In this document: piece by piece, positions 18,389 to 27,583 of the stretch
Numbering within the stretch: the first letter of the stretch is position 1
Layout of the letters: each line of letters opens with the position of its first letter
From: a virus
Taxonomy: Duplodnaviria > Caudoviricetes
Strand: one strand, 5' to 3'
DNA length: 64,000 nt
Virus record (IMG/VR): IMGVR_UViG_3300006789_000019
Span: 1,461 to 65,460 of that record
Made by a program: the position numbers and the translations under genes
Notes under the pieces: generated by a model
Told to the model about the DNA's origin: nothing
Databases searched by the model: none
What the model saw: only the letters and a program-made list of their open reading frames with translations

Positions 18389-19090
18389 TTATCGCGGCGC
18401 AAACTCTTGCTGTAACTTGATATTATCAAAGAACTCTTTCTTAGTACCTGGGTCAGTGTGGAAACTCCCTTTTAGTACTGATGTCTGTGTCAACGAACTA
18501 TGCGCCATAATACCACGATTCTCACAACAACCATGGATTGCTTGAATGTAAACGCCAACGTCGTCACTGCCTGTTGCAGTACGTATTTCACGATTAATAT
18601 CCATGGCCAATTCCTCCTGCAAAGTGCCGCGTCTAGCACACCACTGAGCAATCCGTGTATACTTACTGAGGCCAATCAGTGTATCAGCAGCAATAATACC
18701 AATATATGCAATACCAGTAACTGGTTGGTGATGGTGACTGCACATGCTTTTAAGTTCACTACGTACAACTAACATACCGTCATATTTTTCATTTGTGACA
18801 TGATTTGGTTCATTTGGAAATGCAGTTGCGCTGGGCGCTGGATCATACCGCCCTGCCATAATCTCGTTAATATACATCTTAGCCAAACGGCGGCCAGTAT
18901 CCATGCTATTTGGATCATTAAATCGATCGATAACCAAACTGTCTAGAACTTGTTCAAATTGCTCTGTTAATTCAGAGATCAATTCTTCTTTTTCACCGTC
19001 TTTAATAAATTCACTAATGTTGTCAGCGGCAAAGTGTCGCTTGTCTGCTTTTTCTAGCCGAGTTTTAATTACTTTTGATATTTTATCCAT
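18389..19090 (-). CDS. folE: GTP cyclohydrolase I
   Basis: SMCSHH, IGLSK..R, R..LQE, HGC...RG. Confidence 0.95.
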   Translation of the reverse strand: MDKISKVIKTRLEKADKRHFAADNISEFIKDGEKEELISELTEQFEQVLDSLVIDRFNDPNSMDTGRRLAKMYINEIMAGRYDPAPSATAFPNEPNHVTNEKYDGMLVVRSELKSMCSHHHQPVTGIAYIGIIAADTLIGLSKYTRIAQWCARRGTLQEELAMDINREIRTATGSDDVGVYIQAIHGCCENRGIMAHSSLTQTSVLKGSFHTDPGTKKEFFDNIKLQQEFAPR

Positions 19091-19141
19091 AATGCTTAGG
19101 TTCTCCTCTATAAAGTTAAAATATTCTATTTTTCAGTATAT

Positions 19142-19170
19142 ATTATATAATCAATAATATATTATGTCAA
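19142..19170 (-). promoter_or_regulatory. consensus sigma70 promoter TTGACA-N17-TATAAT
   Basis: Perfect consensus upstream of folE. Confidence 0.85.
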
Positions 19171-19174
19171 CAAC

Positions 19175-20251
19175 TTATTGATTACATTCGCTTTTTTCTA
19201 ATAAGCAGTCAATCATAATATCGCAATTCAAATAATCACTAACCAAACGTTCTTGTTGTTGTTTAATCAATTCCTTATATTGGTCATAATTATCTAATTT
19301 GTCTTGTATAAATTCTTTAAGATCAGTAGCATGTATCTTATACTGCTCTACTGACTCAGTCCATTCACTTGGATACTTAAATTCTGGCAAATACATTTCA
19401 CTGTAGCTACAACGATCTGGCAATACAGGAATTGCACCAGTTAGTACCGCTTCCATAACACTAATGCCTAAGTTTTCATGTAATGCACAACTAAAAATAA
19501 CCTTGCACGTTGACATAGTATCATAATATGCTTCTTTCTCTAACGACATTTTTTGTGTAATAATCATGTCAAAATCTTCAGCAAGTAGCTCTGCAATTTC
19601 TGGTTGTTTGTCATCATTATATCGATGCGGCCACAATACTGTGTCGGTCTTTTTATTTGTCTGACGCTTGCATAAATTGTCAACAATAAGCTCATGCGGT
19701 TGGCCACTACGTACTGCACGATTGCGATAATCAGCTGGGATATCTAAGTTTGTAAGAAACATGTTTTTATGACTTTCTGTAGCATAGTAATTATAATCAC
19801 TACACATAAACCAGCTCTGTTCTTGAAGCCATGGCCATGGCTTGCTCATTTTATACCCTAAAATATCACTTGGATCATAAGCACCAGCATGCCAAATACT
19901 GTGGATTTCAACAGGAATATCTAACAAATCACTCATGTATTTGATTGGTGTAATAATAAAATTCCAAGCGTCCGTAATTAAAAACTTGTCACCTGGCTTG
20001 ATTAAGCCATCGCTAAATGCCTGACTTACTGCCATTGCTTGGCTTGATTTATATACGTTGGTTGCACCAAAATCCAAAAATGCGCCTGGAGTAGTATTTT
20101 CAGCAATTGCCTGACCTTCAATAGTAACTACGTTATAATCAAGTTCACGTTCTGCAATACGTGTTTTCAGTATGGCTGGAATGTTATCATACCATTGCTT
20201 TGTGTAACGCTGGTCAATTGGTTCTAAGCATACAATCCAAATTGTATTCAT
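19175..20251 (-). CDS. GT-B fold glycosyltransferase (candidate DNA-base glycosyltransferase); start revised to MNTIW
   Basis: GGAG RBS before ATG 20251; HR..DKQP and ENLGISVMEA (Ex7E) GT-B motifs; WHAGAYDP. Confidence 0.8.
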   Translation of the reverse strand: MNTIWIVCLEPIDQRYTKQWYDNIPAILKTRIAERELDYNVVTIEGQAIAENTTPGAFLDFGATNVYKSSQAMAVSQAFSDGLIKPGDKFLITDAWNFIITPIKYMSDLLDIPVEIHSIWHAGAYDPSDILGYKMSKPWPWLQEQSWFMCSDYNYYATESHKNMFLTNLDIPADYRNRAVRSGQPHELIVDNLCKRQTNKKTDTVLWPHRYNDDKQPEIAELLAEDFDMIITQKMSLEKEAYYDTMSTCKVIFSCALHENLGISVMEAVLTGAIPVLPDRCSYSEMYLPEFKYPSEWTESVEQYKIHATDLKEFIQDKLDNYDQYKELIKQQQERLVSDYLNCDIMIDCLLEKSECNQ

Positions 20252-20255
20252 TAAA

Positions 20256-20531
20256 TTATTCTCCTGATAGTTTGTTGAGCATTGCATATTTTTCATATTC
20301 TCTATGTTGCTCATGATCAAAATGCCCAAATACTATAAAATTATGTGTTAGTTTAAGTGGATTATAATCAACTCCCATTGAGATTGCTGCACCAAGCCCC
20401 AATACAAACTTTCCTATATCAGTAAATGAAAATTCACTTACAATTGTAGACTGCCTAAAGTCATTAATATCAGCAATTATAAACTCTACTTCTGTCACAG
20501 ATTTAAACCAAATCGCTTCCTTGATAATCAA
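20256..20531 (-). CDS. hypothetical protein
   Basis: Fills the gap between coupled genes. Confidence 0.6.
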   Translation of the reverse strand: MIIKEAIWFKSVTEVEFIIADINDFRQSTIVSEFSFTDIGKFVLGLGAAISMGVDYNPLKLTHNFIVFGHFDHEQHREYEKYAMLNKLSGE

Positions 20532-20533
20532 TG

Positions 20534-21307
20534 CTAGTCTCTCCGTTCAATGTCATTTTCAGTAAGGCTGGTTCCCATCCAAACTTCAATAACTTTTGCC
20601 GTACACTCTCCTACATTGTATGCTTTATGCCATGTTAAAACAGGAATATCAATGCTATCACCTGGACTATATGTTTTGCTTTCACGATCTCCGTTAGCAA
20701 ACTCTAAGTCCATGCGAATTTTACCTTCAATAACATGCCAATGCTCACTGCGATTAAAATGACGTTGATCGCTTAATGGCTGATGTGCTCCAAACGCAAG
20801 TTCTTTAACTTGCCAACCAGAGCCTTTATGCAATACAGTATAACTACCCCAAGCCCGTGTTGTAGTAGGTTGGCTCCATTCTTTAAGAATCCAACTACTA
20901 CTATTTTTCTTATCGTCGCCGCCAACAGCAAACTCAAATGACAATCGAGGATCTGAAATTTTCATTTCTGGAATGTTGTCAGCTTCTCTGTCACCACCAT
21001 TAGCAAATACAAGGCTATCACTCGCTGGCAGTGTATCCAATACTTGTTTAATAGCATCAATAGCACTGCCGTCATCATCACAAAAACTTATAACTTCATC
21101 TACACAACCAAGGGCGTTTGCAATAGCTGACCGTTCAGACCAAGGCATAAATCCTTGTCCTTTTTTGCGGCAAAGCCAAGCATCGCTGTTAACTCCAACA
21201 ACTAGTCTTGCACCAGGAATTAGTTGCTTTGCTGCCTCTAAATATGCAATATGACCACTATGAATTGGATCAAATCCGCCTGTAACTAATACAGTTGTGT
21301 TTGACAT
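20534..21307 (-). CDS. cytidylyl/adenylyltransferase (RfaE/TagD-like) fused to a mannose-6-phosphate-isomerase-type cupin
   Basis: TGGFDPIHSGH (HxGH), GVNSD, ANGGDR, NSSS; R.WG.Y, S.QRH..RSEHW. Confidence 0.88.
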   Translation of the reverse strand: MSNTTVLVTGGFDPIHSGHIAYLEAAKQLIPGARLVVGVNSDAWLCRKKGQGFMPWSERSAIANALGCVDEVISFCDDDGSAIDAIKQVLDTLPASDSLVFANGGDREADNIPEMKISDPRLSFEFAVGGDDKKNSSSWILKEWSQPTTTRAWGSYTVLHKGSGWQVKELAFGAHQPLSDQRHFNRSEHWHVIEGKIRMDLEFANGDRESKTYSPGDSIDIPVLTWHKAYNVGECTAKVIEVWMGTSLTENDIERRD

Positions 21308-21308
21308 A

Positions 21309-22817
21309 TTATACCTCTAATGTTTCTAGAAATTCTTCAGCAGCTTCTTCTGCTTCTGCTGACATTTCTTCTTCATCAAGCAAATTATCGTCAACATCAA
21401 ATAAGCTATTAAAGCTATTTGTTGTATTTGTCAATGTCTTTTGTCCGTTAAAGTTTGCTAACATTGGTGCTGCTTCATCAAGCATTTGCATAGGTGTTTC
21501 ACTGCGAAATAATTCTTCAATGAAGTTAACCATATAAACAATGTTACGAGGGACATACGGATCAAATTGTTGTTGCTTTTGTTGTTTTGGTGTTAGTTTC
21601 TGCCAAGTCTTATGACTAGTATCAAACTGTGCTGCTACAATATCAGTTAATGCATTGGCACGTTGAACACTTTCAATATGCTGGAATACATTATGTGACA
21701 TTAACAACATGTAGCTAAAGCTATCCCATGATGTTTTACCTTCTTTACCAATTTTGTTTAGCATACCTGGACCATAATGGCAAACATCACCTAACGTCAT
21801 ACGCTCACCAATTGGACTGCCCCAAGGAAACGGTTTATCACTTCCGCTAAAGATCTTGTTATCCATAGCTTTTTCCATTACATACATAAAGCGATCATTC
21901 TTATGAATGTGTTGTGTATATAATGTACCGTTCGCCGTTGCTAAGAACGGACTAGCACAATCAAACATAACTTCAATATCTGAATTCACTGTTTCACGCA
22001 AAGCGCGTTTAATTGCAGTATAAGCCATTGCCCACTCAAGACGGCTAATACCTAGATAGTGAAGAACATCACGTTTTCCTTTTTCTAGTTGGCCATCATC
22101 ACGCATCTTAATTAATGTGCGAAGTACAATATTAATGTCATTTTTAGCACTGCCACCAAAGGCAAATCCTTCAAGATCATGATGCTTCATAGTATCATAC
22201 CAATGTTCAGCCTCGGCCCAGTTGCGGCCTTGCATTACATTAAGATACTTAGTTTGATACTTGCGATTGCGTTTAAACCATTCTACGTTGTGATTAGTAA
22301 ACTCTAGACATTGGTTAAAACTAGTAATACCTGTGCGTTCTGTAAATGTTGGATCAGCAGCAAGAGTTGGTATGTCCAATATCATACTGTAGTCACCAGT
22401 ATGTTCTAACCAATTTAAAATTTTATGGCGTAAGCTATCATCTGTTTTGAAGTTTTTCCAATCACATTTGATAACGCCTTTGATAATTTGAAATCCGCCA
22501 CTATCACAGAGCATAAATGTATTGTCTCTGTCGCGTTGTTGGACCATGGCATCATCTGTATCTGCTTTATCTAGATTTAATTGTGCATGGCCAGCAGAAT
22601 ACAATCCCCACTTATATGGAAAGTGTGCTTGATCACGATTAAGGAAGTTCATGCCTTCCATGCCATTTTCAAATCCATCTGGCATTCGGTCATTACTGAT
22701 AAAATCAGGATTAGATCGTTGCTTCGCAATGTAATTATTATAAAATGTACTGATGCTGGGTAAAAAGATAGCATAATCTTTATTGCGAGCAGTTAGATCG
22801 ACGGTTGTTCCTGTCAT
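21309..22817 (-). CDS. dpdA: TGT-fold guanine transglycosylase, DpdA-like (DNA 7-deazaguanine insertion)
   Basis: CDSGGFQ TGT signature, MILD.P, NVMQG, GFAFGG, HYLG, FDCASP; no TGT Zn-binding C-terminus seen; que genes nearby. Confidence 0.75.
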   Translation of the reverse strand: MTGTTVDLTARNKDYAIFLPSISTFYNNYIAKQRSNPDFISNDRMPDGFENGMEGMNFLNRDQAHFPYKWGLYSAGHAQLNLDKADTDDAMVQQRDRDNTFMLCDSGGFQIIKGVIKCDWKNFKTDDSLRHKILNWLEHTGDYSMILDIPTLAADPTFTERTGITSFNQCLEFTNHNVEWFKRNRKYQTKYLNVMQGRNWAEAEHWYDTMKHHDLEGFAFGGSAKNDINIVLRTLIKMRDDGQLEKGKRDVLHYLGISRLEWAMAYTAIKRALRETVNSDIEVMFDCASPFLATANGTLYTQHIHKNDRFMYVMEKAMDNKIFSGSDKPFPWGSPIGERMTLGDVCHYGPGMLNKIGKEGKTSWDSFSYMLLMSHNVFQHIESVQRANALTDIVAAQFDTSHKTWQKLTPKQQKQQQFDPYVPRNIVYMVNFIEELFRSETPMQMLDEAAPMLANFNGQKTLTNTTNSFNSLFDVDDNLLDEEEMSAEAEEAAEEFLETLEV

Positions 22818-22840
22818 ATATTATTCCTCAGGTTTAGTAT

Positions 22841-22869
22841 ATTATACCATAAAACAAAGCAAAAGTCAA
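22841..22869 (-). promoter_or_regulatory. sigma70 promoter TTGACT-N17-TATAAT (extended -10)
   Basis: Directly upstream of the DpdA-like gene. Confidence 0.8.
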
Positions 22870-22879
22870 GACTTGCATG

Positions 22880-22908
22880 AAAACTTCCATGGTTACCATG
22901 GAAGTTTT
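22880..22908. terminator. perfect inverted repeat / intrinsic terminator
   Basis: AAAACTTCCATGG-TTA-CCATGGAAGTTTT. Confidence 0.75.
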
Positions 22909-22922
22909 TCAATTACATAAAT

Positions 22923-23249
22923 TTATTTCTTTACTTTTGTTAATGGATATTGGAGCGTACCAACATGAATTTTTAGCTTCTTGGTTGCTCGATCTCGATA
23001 TATTTTAATACCAACATCAAAAGTTATGGCGTTATCCTTGACTGTATAATAAATATTATACTCTTTGATTTTACCAGTAAACTTTAGATCGCCAAGATAG
23101 GAATTAAACAAGCTACGAACTTGCTCAGTATCTTTTCGATTAAACATATAACCATCATACGGGGCTATGATTTTCAACAAATCATATTTAATATCAGAAA
23201 TTGTATAAGACCCTGAAATGGTCAATCTTGGTTGGGCTTTGGTTGTCAT
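22923..23249 (-). CDS. hypothetical protein (weak resemblance to a tail-sheath C-terminal domain)
   Basis: AAGGA RBS; pattern YL.DLK..G.I.EY.I. Confidence 0.65.
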   Translation of the reverse strand: MTTKAQPRLTISGSYTISDIKYDLLKIIAPYDGYMFNRKDTEQVRSLFNSYLGDLKFTGKIKEYNIYYTVKDNAITFDVGIKIYRDRATKKLKIHVGTLQYPLTKVKK

Positions 23250-23264
23250 TATTATAGTCCTTGA

Positions 23265-23660
23265 TTAAGGGTTGACTTTGAAAGTTAGAGTTGCACCGTT
23301 TTCGTTATCTTCGCTAACGGTAACTTTAAAATTGCGGCCTGGATAGCGTTTGGTAATTTCTTGTGCTAAATCCTCAGCCATCATTTCACAACTCTTGTAG
23401 TCTAATTCCAGGGTTCCCTGAGAATATAGACGATCAATCCAGCGTTTAAGCTGAATAAATTCAATGTCACGATCGTTATGTTCTACTTCGATCGAAACAT
23501 TAAAATGGAATATATGACGATGAGGCACTCCTAAGAATGATACATCGTCCCATTCACCAGTCGCAAGTTTTGGATCAGTGTCAGCACCTGGATAGAAATG
23601 AATTCCTTCCTTTGACCAATTAACCCAAACTTCACGCTTTGCAACTACTAGTTGACTCAT
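23265..23660 (-). CDS. dpdL: QueD/6-pyruvoyl-tetrahydropterin synthase paralogue (T-fold), DpdL-like
   Basis: H...FLGVPHRHIFH (LxxxHRHxF rather than the QueD CxxxHGH), SCEMMA, VSEDNENGA. Confidence 0.65.
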   Translation of the reverse strand: MSQLVVAKREVWVNWSKEGIHFYPGADTDPKLATGEWDDVSFLGVPHRHIFHFNVSIEVEHNDRDIEFIQLKRWIDRLYSQGTLELDYKSCEMMAEDLAQEITKRYPGRNFKVTVSEDNENGATLTFKVNP

Positions 23661-23682
23661 GTCTTACTCCTGGTTTAAATTA

Positions 23683-23844
23683 TTACTCGTCTTCTTCTTT
23701 ACTTTCACGAACAAGCTTTAATATTTCCCAAAGTTTCCAGTCAATTGCTTCTGCAAACTTCATTAATTGCTTAATATCAGCAGCAGTAAACGCTGATCCA
23801 GTTGTTTCGGTTTCATCGTCGATTAAACGAATTTTCTTTGCCAT
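23683..23844 (-). CDS. small hypothetical protein (start revised to MAKK)
   Basis: AGGAG RBS before ATG 23844. Confidence 0.7.
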   Translation of the reverse strand: MAKKIRLIDDETETTGSAFTAADIKQLMKFAEAIDWKLWEILKLVRESKEEDE

Positions 23845-23883
23845 TGTAATTCTCCTATAGTGTTTTAACAATGTGTTTTATTT

Positions 23884-23912
23884 AATATACTTGATATTAT
23901 CAAATATGTCAA
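23884..23912 (-). promoter_or_regulatory. sigma70 promoter TTGACA-N17-TATATT, palindromic spacer TTGATA-A-TATCAA
   Basis: Upstream of the operon containing the QueD paralogue. Confidence 0.65.
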
Positions 23913-24118
23913 GCATTTTGTTTACGCAAAACATCACAAATTTGCTTGTCTATAGATACTATTTCTTCACGCATTTGTAGTTTTCGCTTTTTCATTTCAC
24001 CTAATTCAAGATCGTCATAATGACCAGATTGAAATTGATTTTTAATTTCAATATCTAGTCGACGATGTTTGCGTACTAGACGCTCCATTTGATTATTAAG
24101 TTTTTGAATTGTTGCCAT
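23909..24118 (-). CDS. YdcH/DUF465-like coiled-coil protein
   Basis: L..KH..LD.EI...MKK.KL.M.EEI. Confidence 0.75.
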   Translation of the reverse strand: MATIQKLNNQMERLVRKHRRLDIEIKNQFQSGHYDDLELGEMKKRKLQMREEIVSIDKQICDVLRKQNA

Positions 24119-24134
24119 GTATTTATTCTCCTCG

Positions 24135-24884
24135 TTATACCGTCATAGCTGGAAGAATATAATCATATTTACCAATGCCACTATCGACACTGATTTGTAA
24201 CGCGCCACGTTGGCTAAACTGCATTACGCATGATCCGCTCATGCCTAATTTTAGAATAGCTAACACTTGTGCAAGTGGCCAACTATATCCTTCTTTCATA
24301 TCACCATTTACATTATTGGCAAAAGTTCGTTTACCTGTAAATGATCCATCACTAGCACCAACTGTAAGAACCAGATTACCATTTTCAGTCTTAACTGTAA
24401 AGTTTGGTTCAATGCCGCCGTAAATATTGGCAACTTGTTGAAGCTCGCTAACTTTCTGTTTTGTGGGCTCAATGGTAACATCCCACTCAGTACCTTTGAA
24501 CTTAACTGTTTGCAGTGTTTGTTCAATGATTTCTTTACTCATAAATCGATATTGGTCAGTGTTGCCATCAGCATCTTTAAATAGCAAATGATCTGGAACA
24601 CTAATTCCATTACGATCTCGATTAACAACATCAACTGTTGCATCTTCTGCTTGATAATTTGGCAACGAGGTAACCCCAGCTAAAAAGCCTAGATTGCCTA
24701 ATCCAAATTCTCCAGCTAATTCTGGAACATTGTTATGCAAGACTGCTCGCATAATTACGGTGCGATCAGTATCCATTGCATCAAGTACTGTCTCAGACTC
24801 ATTGCCGGTTACTTTCACTGCTTGGATAAATCCCAAGCCAGCCGTATGTTTTACGACATCTTGAACTACGTCACGTGTGGTCAT
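24135..24884 (-). CDS. probable DNA polymerase sliding clamp (gp45/PCNA-like)
   Basis: Size, two-domain beta/alpha pattern and C-terminal YDYILPA; phage replication context. Confidence 0.6.
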   Translation of the reverse strand: MTTRDVVQDVVKHTAGLGFIQAVKVTGNESETVLDAMDTDRTVIMRAVLHNNVPELAGEFGLGNLGFLAGVTSLPNYQAEDATVDVVNRDRNGISVPDHLLFKDADGNTDQYRFMSKEIIEQTLQTVKFKGTEWDVTIEPTKQKVSELQQVANIYGGIEPNFTVKTENGNLVLTVGASDGSFTGKRTFANNVNGDMKEGYSWPLAQVLAILKLGMSGSCVMQFSQRGALQISVDSGIGKYDYILPAMTV

Positions 24885-24913
24885 TTACTTCTCCTTTGTT
24901 TATATTAACAATC

Positions 24914-24942
24914 AGTATACAATAGAATTACTAGTTAGTCAA
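24914..24942 (-). promoter_or_regulatory. sigma70 promoter TTGACT-N17-TATACT
   Basis: Upstream of the clamp-like gene. Confidence 0.7.
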
Positions 24943-24961
24943 TAGTTTTATGTAACTATTT

Positions 24962-25912
24962 TCATTTATACTGTTTTAAGTTGTGATTTACATCAATTAT
25001 TTTTTTTAATATATCACTACCTGTAAAATTATGAAATGCTTCAACATCTTTAGGGAAACAATGTCCACTAAAGCCTAGGCTGCCTTCATCATTTGGTGCT
25101 TGCATATGACTTGGTCCAATATTTTCAAATGTAGATAGAATCCTAATCATATCATGATGATCATAATAGTCACCCATTAAGCTATACACTTCATGAAAAT
25201 ATGCAACTTTCATTGCAAGCCAAGTATTATGCATATATTTTACCATACTTGCTGTAGTACGATCAGTCTTTAAGAATTCAACATCCATATAACTAAACAC
25301 CATATGCCAATATCTGCGATCTAGTCCACCAAGTATAAAAGTCTTTTGGTTTTTGAAATCTTCTTTGGCGGTTTTGGCGCGTAAAAATTCTGGATTATAA
25401 GTTACATTTTCTGGATAATGCTGCAACTGATCTGGTGGTACAGTACTTTTTAACAGTATTTTAATTTTTGGATTGGTAGCAATTAGCTCTGCAATAACTG
25501 ATTGTATAATACTATCATCACATACATTATCAACCGTAGGTGTTGGTACGCATACAATTGCTGCGTTCGCGTCTGGATGGTCTTGTATAGTTTCACTACT
25601 ATGTGCTGGATCGATAATTATATGTTCTTTTATGTGCGGTTTAATATGTTCGCCAATTGCACTACCTACAAAACCCCAGCCGACACTTAATAATTTTAAC
25701 TCTGTTCTAATATTGGCGCCCAATTCTTGTTGTTCATGGTTCCATACTTCATCACGTAAACTTTTTAATTCATTACTATAATGATCAATCTGGAATTGGT
25801 AACTTGGCTCGTTAGTTTTGTAAAATAGCTCTATTGCAATATCCAAGTTATTTTCTACATTTTTTATAATACCGTTCATTTGTTGTCGTTTTTTACTTAT
25901 TTCTGTACCCAA
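24962..25912 (-). CDS. short-form UDP-glucose/GDP-mannose dehydrogenase with an N-terminal extension
   Basis: GWGFVG, CVPTP, KSTVPP, NPEFL, KY..N, GFSGHCFPKD; C-terminal UDP-binding domain absent. Confidence 0.85.
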   Translation of the reverse strand: MGTEISKKRQQMNGIIKNVENNLDIAIELFYKTNEPSYQFQIDHYSNELKSLRDEVWNHEQQELGANIRTELKLLSVGWGFVGSAIGEHIKPHIKEHIIIDPAHSSETIQDHPDANAAIVCVPTPTVDNVCDDSIIQSVIAELIATNPKIKILLKSTVPPDQLQHYPENVTYNPEFLRAKTAKEDFKNQKTFILGGLDRRYWHMVFSYMDVEFLKTDRTTASMVKYMHNTWLAMKVAYFHEVYSLMGDYYDHHDMIRILSTFENIGPSHMQAPNDEGSLGFSGHCFPKDVEAFHNFTGSDILKKIIDVNHNLKQYK

Positions 25913-25924
25913 ACTATATACTCC

Positions 25925-27013
25925 CTATTTAAATTGTGCGCCAAATGGGTCAAATTCATCACCACATTTCATAGCACAAACACCTAGCTTTCCGTCTGCT
26001 ATAGATTTTTTATTCCAACTATCCTGTATATTATGCATAATACCAGTTTCAAATACACCCCTAATTCCAAATAATTTAGCATTTAGCATTTCTTTGCCGC
26101 CTACTTCATCAATGAAATCCCATATTTGTTCTACTTTAGGATCTTTATGCCACCACTTGTACATTCTGCCGGCTGTCCAACAGCATGGAAGAACAATACC
26201 TTCAGCAGTTACAAATATATTTTTTTCCTTTGCTACTTTGCATTTAATCCCACATTTATTGTAGTATTCCATCATACTACCGTAGGTGTTTTCGATCTCT
26301 TTTAACTTTAATAATTCTAAATTTTGATGTTCTTTGGCTTTGGGCTTGGCAAGTGTTTGCATGGCAATGCCTTTGCGATTCTTTGCTTGATGTATTTCTT
26401 TCGACTCGCTATTAGCAGTAATGAAACGACCTGTTTTCTTTTTCATAAAACGTTCAACGCCCCACTCTTTGGCTAACTGTTCTGCACGTTCTACATCACA
26501 CTCTGAATGCTCAAATATTAAATAGTCCCAACGAGCACGGCCGCCTGCAGCTATGAATGCCTTCATATTGCGTTCAACATTTTCCCATTGTACACCTTGT
26601 CTGTATAAGTGATTTGTTTCTTCTAATCCATCCACACTGAAAATAACTGCACCATTTCTACCAATGGTACGTGCTAACTCAGCCCACCAGTCTGGCGTTT
26701 TTGCACCAGCCATAGTATTCATGCTTAACCACATTTTTGTATTAATACTGCGCAAATATTTAAACACATCTAATGTATCTTTGGCTACGATTGGATCGCC
26801 TAAATTACCACACATGTATAATGTTTTTAATTGCCTGACAAATTCTGGCAAGAATATATCCTTGCAGTCTTCTAAACTTAGCTCTTGAATACAGTTACGA
26901 ATATGTTGATTTACTGGGCCACCATTTTCATTACGATCACACATAGGACAACTGGCACTACAATTTTGTGTGATTTCTAAATGTACTGTTTCTATATCTT
27001 CGTATATATACAT
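25925..27013 (-). CDS. radical SAM protein with C-terminal SPASM/twitch domain
   Basis: CSASCPMC, CGNLGDP, FSVDG, C...G.VLPCC...C...C. Confidence 0.9.
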   Translation of the reverse strand: MYIYEDIETVHLEITQNCSASCPMCDRNENGGPVNQHIRNCIQELSLEDCKDIFLPEFVRQLKTLYMCGNLGDPIVAKDTLDVFKYLRSINTKMWLSMNTMAGAKTPDWWAELARTIGRNGAVIFSVDGLEETNHLYRQGVQWENVERNMKAFIAAGGRARWDYLIFEHSECDVERAEQLAKEWGVERFMKKKTGRFITANSESKEIHQAKNRKGIAMQTLAKPKAKEHQNLELLKLKEIENTYGSMMEYYNKCGIKCKVAKEKNIFVTAEGIVLPCCWTAGRMYKWWHKDPKVEQIWDFIDEVGGKEMLNAKLFGIRGVFETGIMHNIQDSWNKKSIADGKLGVCAMKCGDEFDPFGAQFK

Positions 27014-27282
27014 CAGTCATCCATTACTAATTTAATTTCTTGGCCAGGGCCTACTTCGCTTGGAAATCCGCCCCATTCGCTAATATAATGCACAATAACT
27101 GCTTTGTACCACAACAAGCTATTATGCTGTGCTACTTTATTAAATTTATAGATACTATTATTATCTGCTGACATGGTGCTTATAGCTCGTGCTGCTTCAC
27201 GTTGTAATTCACGGGTATTCATTCCATCAAGCAATTTTTCTAAATCAGCATATGTCAGTTCAACATAATCATCATCACTCAT
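27013..27282 (-). CDS. hypothetical protein
   Basis: Coupled ORF. Confidence 0.7.
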   Translation of the reverse strand: MSDDDYVELTYADLEKLLDGMNTRELQREAARAISTMSADNNSIYKFNKVAQHNSLLWYKAVIVHYISEWGGFPSEVGPGQEIKLVMDD

Positions 27283-27583
27283 AGAAAATTCCCCGTAACT
27301 TTATCATTAATGCAGCTTCTGGATCATTGAACCTGAAAAACAACCACCGCTTACCGTGTTCATCTAGACTAGCACTTTCAAACCAATAATCCTTAGTATG
27401 ATAGCAATCATATTCCATAAAAATTTCAGCCAAGTATATTGAACACGTTGCCGTATAAAATCCAAGAGAATGTTCAGATGCCATTACCGCCTTACTTTTT
27501 AGATGACTAGTCCATAACTCTGGCATACTGCGTTCTATATTCTCTATAATAAGATCCATCCTAAAACCGATAAGTTGACTCAT
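27275..27583 (-). CDS. hypothetical protein (C-terminal FNDPEAALMIKL motif)
   Basis: Coupled ORF (ATGA overlap). Confidence 0.7.
   Translation of the reverse strand: MSQLIGFRMDLIIENIERSMPELWTSHLKSKAVMASEHSLGFYTATCSIYLAEIFMEYDCYHTKDYWFESASLDEHGKRWLFFRFNDPEAALMIKLRGIFYE

Noticed and set aside
21309-22817. Ordinary bacterial tRNA-guanine transglycosylase (tgt)
   Set aside because: No C-terminal CxCxxC Zn site is seen, the sequence is long and divergent, and the phage que-gene context favours a DpdA-like role.
23265-23660. Canonical QueD
   Set aside because: It lacks the catalytic CxxxHGH and has LxxxHRHxF, so it is treated as a paralogue; a true queD may be outside the window.
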